From positions 186,001-250,000 of the forward strand of contig JALDZX010000018.1 in NCBI GenBank assembly GCA_022813865.1: DNA of 64,000 bases, in the 5' to 3' direction. The position numbers and the translations under genes are program-made. This DNA is from Xylographa opegraphella (taxonomy: Eukaryota). The notes beneath the pieces were generated by a model. That model searched no databases. It saw only the letters and a program-made list of their open reading frames with translations, and was not told where the DNA came from. Positions 53,193 to 64,000 of the stretch are shown here, in pieces (within the stretch, counting starts at the first letter, position 1; each line of letters opens with the position of its first letter).

Positions 53193-54027
53193 ATGCCTGT
53201 GCCATCATCCACGAGGCAACCTCTTCATTCGCCTCTTTCATCATCACAACTGCTGCCATATCCTTTCTACGGCATGGCTTCATTAGCTCAGGATTCGCCG
53301 TACACTTCACCAAGTCCTGTGCTGTCCCGAAATTATTCTGGATATATAGACCTCACTGCAGACACTTCGCCACCCCCCGGATCAAGCATGCCAACTATGC
53401 CCACTAGGCTTGGTCAGAGTTCAATGGATAGAGTTGAGCCTGCACGGAAGCGAAGAAGACTTGACACTGGCACCGGCCCATCTGTTGAGAGCTTACTACA
53501 ACCGCCGCCAAGCGGGCTTCATGCTATCGACGAGGTGGATTTGACAAAGGTGGACGATGATGCATCGTTTCAGAAACTACAAGAAGAGCAGCGAGTTTGG
53601 CACGAAGAGCAGATTCAAAAGCAGAAGGACCAGCAGCAAGCAGAGTCTATCAGGTCATTGCATGAGCAAAGCCGGAAACCTATTCGATTATCAGATTTAC
53701 AGTGCGTGGTGTGCATGGACAATATGACAAATATTACGGCCACTCATTGTGGTAAGTTTAACTGCTGGTTTTGGTTTTCTTATGACACTGACTAAGTTCT
53801 CAGGGCATTTATTCTGCCATACATGCTTGATGGAGGCTTTAATCGCCGGTGAAAATCAAGGACCTGACATAGGAAAAGGGCCATCGAGGTGTCCTGTCTG
53901 TCGTAAGAAAGTTGTGAGACCCAGGGAAGGAAAAGATATGAACCAGTTGATACCTCTTGAGATTAAGCTTCTCACCAAGAGTGCTGTTGCAAGAGGCAAA
54001 GAACGAGCAACAGAAAGCGAAGCCTAG
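53193..54027 (+). CDS. C3HC4 RING protein with SIMs, Slx8/RNF4-like SUMO-targeted ubiquitin ligase, 2 exons
   Basis: YIDLT and EVDLT SIM-like motifs, RKRRRL NLS-like motif, CVVCMD..THC|GHLFCHTC..CPVCRKKV. Confidence 0.8.
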
Positions 54028-54449
54028 GCACTAGGAAGACGAAGAGGAAGTGACCTGGTTCAATGACCGGACTCGCGACTGCATAGCGCTGGAGTTCTGC
54101 TGGCGTTGGGAATCTCAGCGGCTTACTTGATGGAATACCCTGTGCGCTGCCTGCTTGAGTTTTCTGGCTTCTTGTGACCAGCATAGACCTTTTGCATTAG
54201 CCAATCTGTCACTTGATACCTGCGGCTATAGAGCTCAGGTTCCATCTGGGCAGAATATGAAAGTATTAAGAGCTACCAAATCAAGAAAGCCAAATCAGTC
54301 TATATCGAGTTCTCACGCGCCATATGTGTCAGCTCGAACAAGGGAACGCTCAAAGGAGCCCATTTGAGACGTCTTCTGCGACTTCTCTAGATCTGAACGA
54401 GAGCGCCTTCGATACCGTCAGATATCTGTAATCAACAAACACCGCCTCC

Positions 54450-55943
54450 CTAGCTCTCAAGCGTGTTCCTGCGAGTCTTCTCTACGATCCTTACCCCCCT
54501 CCCAAGCACCGCCTCTAACGCGCCTCTCAGACCCAACTCATCAAACTTCATCCCGCCTCCTTCCGCCTTCGTCCCCCAGCACCTCACACATTCCACATTC
54601 CACCTCCCCAGCTCCTCCTTATCCACCACAGGTGCCCCTTCCCCCTCTAAGAACACCACATGTGTCACATACCTCTTCCACACATCCCGACTCGGCATCC
54701 CCATCCGGCCACGGCTCTCCTCTCCCGCCCTCGTAATCGCAGCTACAAAGTCCACCGCCCCCATGGGACTGCTCCGCGGACCCGTCTCCCGATCAACGCT
54801 CCCGTTCACGATAAGGATCTTGTACCTCAAATGCGGCGCGGTGGCGAGCGCTTCCCCCACGCCCCGCAGGATCAAACAGGGCACGATCGAGGTGTACAAG
54901 CTGCCGATACTGTAGATGACGGCCTCGGCGTCCTTGATAACGCTGACGACCTTCGGGTTCGCCGCCGGGTGGATCTCCTGCCCGTACGGGTTGATGTACC
55001 AGATGCGCTCAATGCGCGCGGGGAGCGGCTCCTCGTCCGTTTTCGAGAACAGGATGTTCGGCTGCCGCAGCAGGGGCAGCGAGCCGGGGAGATAGGCGTC
55101 CTCGTGCTCGGGGTCGTCTGCCGTACCGGGCCCGTTCTCCGCCGACCCGTCCGGCAGCGCGGTCGGTGCGCTGGGGTGAGAAATGGCGTTCTGCCCCGTG
55201 ATGACGGTTCCGTCCACGAGGCCGGCGCTGATGTGGTGGCTGAAATTGGAGTTGACGCCCGGCACGACGGCGACGTGTGGGCTGACGCCGCCAATGAGGG
55301 AGAGCAGGTAGATGGCGGCGTCGAAGGAGCCCGTGAAGAGGCGGGCCCCGGTTAGGAAGAGGTTCCCGAGCGAGGCGGAGGTGAAGTTGAATGTGGAGGA
55401 CGGAGGGCGGGCGCGCTTGAGGATCTCGAGGTTGAGGTGGTTGAGCATGCTGCGGATGAGCTCCCGCTGTGGCGGCGGGATGGGTGACCATAAGGGAGAA
55501 GTGCCGGAGACGAGGTCCTGCCAGGAGATAAGGGCGAGCTCAGGGGAGGGCGGGAGGCGGTGGTTGAGGAGGGTGTGGATTTCGAGGTGGGTCGTTGGAA
55601 TGAGCCGAATGAGCCGGCCTGTGAAGTAATCAGCTGGGAGCTACGACATAGTCATACACAGAAGGTAAACGTCGGCTGTCAACAGAAGAGTCGTTCGTAC
55701 GAGGACGGTTGAACAACGAGGGCTTCTAATACAAAAGTGAACCGCACTTCTCAGATCTCCGATCCCCGGCCCACCGAACACGCGTATGAGCTCGCTCGAG
55801 GATCCGCCATTGTCGCTGATCGGGATCACGTAGCTGAGGGGACAGTTCCTCTTCTTGACGATTTCGCCGAACACATCCACGAGACTGTTGGCGGCGGTGC
55901 CGCCGGAGAACACGACGATGCCATGGGGCGTAGAACTTTCCAT
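54450..55943 (-). CDS. UPF0052 / CofD-YvcK(GlmR)-like protein (YNL011C-like)
   Basis: IVVFSGGTAANSL, IPISDNGGSSSEL..GGPGIGDLRS, ASLGNLFLTGARLF, YSIGSLYTSIVPCL. Confidence 0.88.
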
Positions 55944-56482
55944 AGCGAAACGTAGCTCAGCCACCTTCAAGTCAAATGCAGTGGAATAGACAGTCGACGC
56001 TATATCAAAGTAGATGGCTGCCTAATCGAGCAGTCTGGGTAACGTGGCTTCAACAAGAGATGACATGATTCTGACTCGAAAGAGTGAGGAACTTATTTCC
56101 AGTTCATCTCAATGCAAGAGCTTTGATACGTATATTTCATGCTGTTGAATTCTGACATCTATTCCCACTGCGAATCTAGTGTAGTATTAGCAGGTTGTGT
56201 ATATGAGTTTTTGGTTTATTTTGTTTTAGAATATGGATCGAATCGTGAATGTACTGCCAGCAAACTTATACTCCAATTAAAAAAATTAGGATGAGTATCC
56301 CCGTCATGTTGAGTGCGGCCGGATCGATATCTGCAAGGCGAGTCTCAGGTTTACTGGGAAATATGGTTGACCGCGGTCAATATTGATTATAGAGCTATCC
56401 TAAAGCTATGCTAGTACTTTTTATTGACACTACAGGTCAAATGTATGGGAAAATATACTCCGACGCATTTCATGGGTTTCTG

Positions 56483-59400
56483 TCAAGCATAAGCAGCCCA
56501 TCCACAGAATAGCAATGCAAGATTTCTTTCATCCGTCGCTTGCTGTATGAGCTCGTTCACCGTAGCAGTGACGCTCAAAGACTTAGATAATTTCTTTGCC
56601 ACGACTGTGAGCGCCCGATCTGCTTCCCCTGGCTCGCTTTCCTGGATAATGTTCTCGGCCGCTTCATTGTCTCCGATCTGTGCCTGATTCTCCTGCAGTT
56701 TCTTCAATCGCAAGGGTGATAGAGACCAGCTGTAGAGGGGATCGTATCTCAGTACATCCAGGATGGTCATGATACTATATGATTCGTCTCGGAGCGCCTC
56801 CATGGTAAATTCGCAGCAGCGACGGAAGCCACCTTCAGTCCCAGTAATGCCCATTCCATCAACGAGATCTCGTGTCAATCTGAACGGTACGACTTCAGGC
56901 ACAGTCAAGACACGGCCCTGCTCGAAAGCGATACCCAGATCGATGTGTACCACCTCGCCGGTCTGTTCGTCAAGGAGTATGTTGTGACCGTGTCGGTCCC
57001 CGAGGCCCAAAATGTAACCCAAAATGGATATTGCAGCGGTACTCCGGGTGTATGCCAGTCGCGTCTCGAACCAATCGTCGGGGTTCTCGAAATGTTCCAT
57101 GAAGAAATATCGCATGACAGGGTGGAATTTGTCACACACTGCTCGAAAGGTCTTCAAGCGAAGGTCAACAGATTTATTCTGGACATCAAGTATGTGCTTG
57201 CGACAAATATTTGGCTTTAGGTCGCTGGGGAAGTATCTCTGGTGTGCAGGCATTAGGTAGTCATGAAGAGGTACGGTATCAGAAACAAATTCCATAAGAC
57301 CGGATGTGGATGTCAACGGCACTACCTTGTATGTCCTAATAGCGAGGTTCCTCTGACGGGCATTACGATGTGATTTGAGTAAATTGCTCACTTGGTCGAA
57401 GACTTGCTCCATTATGGAGTCTTGTCTCAGATCATCATTTCCACCTTTGAACTACCCGGATTAGCGGAGGCAGAATATCGAGTCCGATACGCCTTACCAG
57501 TTGCTTGTACTTTCGGCCATCAGTGCCAATCGCTGTCAATATCTTAGGCATACTTATACCCGATGCAATTGTGAATTCGGACTGAAACTTGGCGATTGTT
57601 GGAACACCCTCGTAATCACAGTCATGCCGTAGTGATATCTTCATGGTTGGTGGTGGAACCCTAAGGTTCGGGACATCTTGCTCAAGTTTCAGTCCTGTTG
57701 GCGATTTACGCAGCAAAACCTTGGTCCCAGGTTTGTGTCTCCCTTCGTCGACCTTCTCAGTCGCAAAGCGGACAAAGTTGATATTCGAATTATGAACTCC
57801 AAGCCAGGTTGGCGCAGCACGCCTATTAGCTTTGAGCTGATTCACTATCTTGACAGCGGCTGCGTTCCTGGCAAGAGCAGCTTGATCTTTGCCGCCTTTG
57901 GTCTTGCTACTGGCAAAGACTTGATACATCCCATGATAGGGATGCTCAAGGCAGATGCGGAATACCATGGCCGAGAGGAGAACTTGGAAGCTCGTTCGTG
58001 CATCTAGAAGACGTGACGTCCATTGATTCATCAGAGGGGCGAACTTCCTACTGCCGACATGATTGATGTATTTCGAAACCGCGTTGTTTGCAATCTCATT
58101 TTCGTAATGCTCCAACCATAGAGCAGAAAATCGTAAGGCATCAGAATCATAACTATCACATGCCCTCAGACTCAGTAGATAGTTCTCAAGGCTTTGCGAT
58201 AAGAAAGCCTCTCGACTGTCTTTTAGTCGCTGATATTCTCGGTCGTCAAGTCCGAACCACTGCTGAGCTTTCTTGAGGTGACTCTTGAGATTGTCGTGAT
58301 CTTTCCCCTGGGAAATTGCCGTCTTGATCATCCTTTCAAGGTCCTGTACTTCGGCTTCTTTACGTTCTCGGAGTCTCTGTATACGTTGGAAATCCTCAAG
58401 GTTATCGTTGTTCTGTAGTTGCTTATCACAGAATGAAGCGAACTCGTGAAAAACTTGGCCGGCCTCTTGACCTTTGTCCATGTCATTAAGTTCTTTGATA
58501 GCAGGTAAAAGGTAGTTTGCAATAATTTCGTCCGGTTTCTCCAGTCGCGCTTCCGAAATACGATGACCCTATGTCGATGTCAGTGTATAGGAGGCGTGAT
58601 AGTAATAAGGAATACAAAAATTACAAGCTTTGCAAGGAGTGCCGGCTTGCCAACATAGATATTCTGGGATTGTAAGTCCGAATGATACACGATCTCCTGG
58701 AGCATCCTGATCGAGGCTGACATTTCTTGTTGATCCCACAACACATTGGTACCTTCTAAACTAATGGCCGCGTCGACAGCAACACCCTGCTCTAAGCATG
58801 CCGGAACGATCTGGCTCATGTAAGTGGCCGTACTGAGCGCGCTTTGTAATGCCCCATGATGTCGACTTAGAGCTGTTGACGCAAGAAGTGAGCGACATTC
58901 GACTTGTCGTGCATCACGTTGAGAAATTTTTGCTAGGTGTCGTAACTGATCACTCTTACTAAACATGCTAAAGAGCGTTTGCCGACATGACAGAATTGTT
59001 GCCGTGTTGTCTAATCTGTGGAAATTAGCTTCTCTCCGCATACAATACCATGTGAACATACCTCTCAGTAAGCATCCATCGGTTGCGAGTCTCAAACTTG
59101 GCCCACACCTCCTGTAACTGGTCAACACCTTGTGAGAAGACCACGTCTTCTACCTCCGTAAGGATAGCAAGACAGCTTAATGTTTCATGGATGGTGGAAA
59201 CTCCTAATTTTGTGAACATCATTGATCTTAGGGTCGACCGAAATCCTGAACTGATGGCTGTAGTAATTTCACTGTATTCTGATGCATTATGGATGTCTTG
59301 GAATGCTTTGAAAATAATACTCCCCGTGCTTGCTGGTGTTGCTGGGGCTGGGATGTCCCACCGTTCCAATTTTCTGGCGGTACGTAGCATTGCTTCGGCA

Positions 59401-62400
59401 TTAAAGGTACCCGAACGCGTTGAAGTGGATATCATTGATTGTGATAGACTATTGAGGTCCAGTGTGTCTAATATGGTAGTTATGCCATGTTCTGTTTCCT
59501 CTTTTGCTACACGGCTCCGTCGAACCTGGCTATCATAGTCTGCACTCCGAAAAGATAAGCTTTTGAATCCAGAGTTCTCGAACTCAAGCTGTTCCATCAT
59601 TGCGGATAGATTTGACGGTTGACGAATCCCATAGAACGAGTCTTTGTCGTCCAGGTTACGGAAAATCTGGAGTAAGAGAGTGTTTGGCAATGCGGGCTTA
59701 ATGTTAGAGGCTCTCCGAGACTTGCTGTTTTTTATGATTTCAGAGAAGCCTATCTCGAGAAGTAATAGTGCTGTCTTGTACATATGACATTTTACAGCCG
59801 CAGCAGCAGCATGCTCATAGTTGAGATCGAGCCACTGAGAACGATCGGCTTGCGTGTTTTCCCGAGGTAAAGCTTGGGTACGTAGGTAGAGTATAACGTG
59901 TAAGATCAGGTTCAGGTGAGGGATTATTGCGTTGGTGGAATTGCTAAATAATTGACTCAGGGCAAAAGATAGTACCTGTTTCACTTTTTGCTGCTTGTCA
60001 GCTTCACGAAGCAGTACAAGATGTATAATATAAGGACAGAGCCGTTCTGGTAGATCTTTAACAGCCAAGAGCACAGGCTTGAGCTCAGAGAGAAGCTTAT
60101 CTTTTGGATCGAGCGATACCAAGCTAACACACAAGATCCGAATCCATTCTTGAAAGTCGTAGTTATTTTCGAAGACGAGGGCTTCTTGCAGAGATTTAGG
60201 CACGTTCAAATCTCCGCCGATAGTTCTGGGACAAGAAAAGGAACCCCAGAAGGTGGCCGTAATCAATGAGCTCGGAAGTGATTGCTCACAGTCTGTCAAG
60301 AGATCGGTGCCTTGGGCCTTACTTACAATCATCTGTAGCGCTCTTTCGGCCAGCCCAATATCTTGTTGCTTGTCGGTCAGCAATATTCTGGAGAGATGCT
60401 GTAAAATCATGCGTCGCGAATTCGATTCCAATACTTGCTGTGATGCAAATTCTAGAACCGACAAATTGTCAACCTGAACTTCACGTAATATCGTTTTAGG
60501 AATCGTTCCTGTTCCTCCATAGGCGCGGCCTAGGACCCTACCAACCCAGGAAAGATAGTCTGACTCTATTTTACGATGCTGACACGAGCTCCAGAGAGAG
60601 TCTACGAATGATGCCGCTTGCTTGTCGGCTCCTAGAATATCGTCCCGGAATCCGGTAGGAACATCAAAGTTGGTACATAGTAAATCGAGAATACCGTTAA
60701 GTGACGATTCAGCTACTAAAATCGGGTCGGCCTGCCGATCCTTCAATAATTCCAGCAGCAACGCGCTTTCAGGAGTGCCTATGCGTGCGTTACCTGTAGC
60801 ACGAATTTGACGGGCCGAGTGAACAATGGCCTTGAATGATGTTTCCGCAGCATCTCGTAGATCGGGCGACGCGAAGTCTTCGGCAAACTGGCCAAGCCAA
60901 GCATGAAAATCCTGAGCTCTGGACATCGTGGCGAGAAAATGGCTCTCTTGTGTTGTACTTTCTTGTGGGCTATGCAGAAACTTCCTTGAGGCGGAAAGCA
61001 TAGACACTATTAGTCCAGTCAGGAATGATGGTACTGTCTTGAGGTAGTCGATACCGTGAACAATGAGGTACCGGGTTATCCCAACAGAGTCTTCTGCACA
61101 GTGTGTATCAACAAGAAAAGGGCGTAACGCATGCAGCGCCATCTCCAGCGCATAGTCCCTCAGTGCTGTTTTGCCAGCCATACAAATGAGTATACGAATC
61201 TTACGTATGATTGAGCAGGTATGCAAAGAACCTAGTGCCTCGTGAACGGAGTCCAATAGATACCGAAAAATAAATATGTACAATGCGGGCGGCCAGGCGT
61301 CTTCTATATCATAGGCTGAGCGTGAGAATAGATAAGAAATTTGATCCGTCAGGTATCCAGCTTTAAAAGAGGGCTGCCGACCAGCCGGTAAGGCGGCCGT
61401 TGAAGCTCCGTAAGAAATCATTTCATCATATACAATATGTGCGGCACTGTACATCTTATCGCTCTGGAACCCTTTCACGATATGGTCCTCGCGATCCATG
61501 GTTCCAAAGAATGTAGCCATGATTTCAGGGAAGTGCTTTGTCACTAAAGCGCCATAACGATCTTTACCAAGTAATCTGCGTAGACGGATATCAGCGCCAG
61601 CAGCTTTGGCGTCTCGGTTTGGCGGTATTGCGGCATCTCGAGAAATACAGTAAGCTGCGCATTTGCCGAAAGATAATTCCAAGAGACGCTCGTATGAAGT
61701 GGAAAGAGCGGCGGCTAGTTGTAGAGCTTCGTCATCCCTACCACGCATTACGACCTGTCCAGTCACCTCAGCCTGGATGTCGGTCAACAGATCAGTAAGA
61801 CTGCCGTACCCGAAAATGTTGTGCGGTATTGCGTTCAAGGCTTGTGATTCAAGCCACGTGAAGATAATCTGGGAAGCGAACAACCTGAAGAGTTCCTGTG
61901 AACTGTAAAGATGTAAGGCTTTCGCCATGCGTGCCAAGCAGAACTTTGCATGCAATATGGATCGACTGACTTGACCAGCAGTCTCGAAAATTGCGTATAT
62001 ACAGCGCCGCAATAACGTCGACCAAGATGATCCTAGGTGAGCTAGAACGAACAGCCTTAGAGCTATGCCTTCGATCCAATCCCTTACAGTTGGAAGGCTG
62101 TTGATTATATCTTCTAATATTGCATCATGCTCTTTCAGAATGAAATGACCAAAGATGCCAGAAATATTTCTTCCAACGAAGAACTTGACTGAGACAGTAC
62201 CCTCCTCAAGAATTTGAAATAAGCTTGTTCTTGCGGACGGTAGATCAAGACTCCTAGCATAATCTGGACGGATCTTAACAACACTCTGAAGCAAAAGGGA
62301 AAGACATTGATGAACATGCGGTGAACAAATGCCGCGACTGAAGACCTTGATAAACCATTCATAAAGATTGGAGCCAAGATCCGTAATGGAAGTGTCGCCA

Positions 62401-64000
62401 TTGTCTAACCAAACAATTGCGGAAGAGGCCATCAAGTCTAGACATAACCCTTGAGCGACTTCACATCTTTCGTACTCGTAAGGCTCTAGTATGGTGTTGC
62501 CGAGATACTCCAGCAACAATAGTACTGCAGAGTTATCCATACCGATACCGCTGTTGAGAAATTTCCTCAGGTAAACTCTACAAGCAAGGAACTCGTGAGG
62601 AGGTAGAGAAATCAGGTACTCAATGTGTCTGAGGTCGACTGATCTAGCTCCATCGCCACTTTTGTCGATAGCCCGGTCTATCGACTCCTGACAAATCCTA
62701 GCAATAAGCGATGCACGCTTTGCTTGTACGCCGGTACTGGAACAAACCCAATCATGCTCTATATCGTGTATCAAATAATCCGTTTTGCTTGTACCGCAAT
62801 TCTGTGAGTCAAAATCTTGATCAATTTCCATAAGATCTTGTTTATCATTTTCACGTCTTCCGAGATTAGAAAGTTCCTGCCAAAAGTCACGATCGAATGG
62901 CAAGGCGGTCGCTAAGGCGCCTTTGTGTAGCATAGAATTATCAACTTTAAAGAAAGTACTGCTACTAAGCAGTATCCCGAGAGCGTTCAGGAGACCATCG
63001 ACGACGGTCATGGGGTCCTGCTGACAAAGTATGAGACGAACCAATCGTGTTCTCAGCTGAGTTGCCATGAGCGTAAGCGATCGCGACTTGACGGAGCCAC
63101 TGACGGGACCGGCCGAAGAAATACCAAATGCAACTATACACAGCGAGCTCATGATGCTCGTAACATCAGCACTTAGTGCTTGCGAATCAGAATCCTCGGA
63201 TATTGGGTCTTGCTTAAGCACATTAGTAACCTCGATAATAAGGAGTTCGATAGCGGTGTCATAGATGTTCTTAAATCTTTTATCCACGGTCTGAGCAGCT
63301 GTACGTTGGCATGATTCTGACTTCGAAGATGGAAATCCCAAGTCAGCCGTCTCATTCATGTGGAGATACTTTGCCAGATTCTCCTCGTGCTTACTTCGCA
63401 GAATTGCCTGTGCAATTGTGCCCAAACCTAGAAGACTCTGATCGCTATCATCAGTGAACGGCAGGCGTAAGACAGCGGATATGAGCTTCATTATAGTTGA
63501 AGCTTCGCTATGACGTGACAAATGGGCAATCTGATGCCGATCGTGAATTTGTGCTATCGTCAAGTCAATCAAATACATGCAAATGAGGTAATCGAAGGCG
63601 AGAGTGACCTACAAGGTCTCCATCGAATAAAGAGCCAACGAAGAATACGCTCAGATGTCATTTGCATTGCAGCGGGGTTTTGCTTTAACATGATGTTAAT
63701 GACAGTTTTCCATAGATCAACAGCGGAATCACAAAACGCCGAAGGGCCGTTCAGCTCTACGGAGCTGAGCATTTTGTCCGCGACTTCTACGATATCTGCG
63801 TAAACAACAAGCCCTTTATCAAGAATAATGGCCATCAGATGACAGGCTGCTCTGCATGTCGAGTTTGAGGAAACATTCCGTGCGGCTACCTGCCAAGCAT
63901 CCAACCAGAATCTGCAGAGCAATGTTGTTGTAGCATATGCTTGAGTCGCAGCACTAAAAGATTAGGTCAGCCATCCATGCGACCGTGGTAATGTAATCAG
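56483..64000 (-). CDS. TEL1: Tel1/ATM PIKK kinase, 3' portion (5' end lies beyond the window), multi-exon
   Basis: FAT region; spliced [51 protein letters not shown] end [13 protein letters not shown]. Confidence 0.96.

Noticed and set aside
56483..64000. Split TEL1 ORFs (and likewise KTR, ARO80, CDC48) as possible frameshifts or pseudogenes
   Set aside because: The breaks checked coincide with GT-AG introns that restore conserved motifs.

Overview
Gene-dense eukaryotic DNA from a filamentous ascomycete (Pezizomycotina; short GT-AG introns with CTRAC branch points). The apparent ORF fragments are mostly exons. About 24 protein-coding genes are supported. Core genes: RanBP1/Yrb1, a GT15 KTR mannosyltransferase, a DUF4604 protein, Prp19, Slx5-like and Slx8-like SIM-RING ligases, Chs7, an Aro80-type Zn2Cys6 factor, Tea4/TeaC, a GT90 (CAP10-like) transferase, mitochondrial uL15, an NNK1-like kinase, Cdc48, Sus1-like, Pex11C, a UPF0052/CofD-like protein and the 3' part of Tel1/ATM. 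An accessory-looking block at 38.4-46.7 kb holds a MATE-like transporter, a secreted Kex2-type peptide precursor, an MBOAT_2 acyltransferase and a GGCT-like protein. No RNA genes, transposons or CRISPR arrays were recognised. The most interesting points are: (1) an uncharacterised single-pass protein with the layout of a selective-autophagy receptor (AIM, acidic phospho-motif, pseudo-receiver-like segment); (2) a 355-aa multi-peptide precursor and its possible tailoring/export neighbours; (3) a 594-nt in-frame exitron just before the TeaC SH3 domain; (4) two small genes not resolved by the ORF track, a 53-aa Cys/His microprotein and a 127-aa PPxY protein. All family calls come from motif recognition by eye; no database searches were run.
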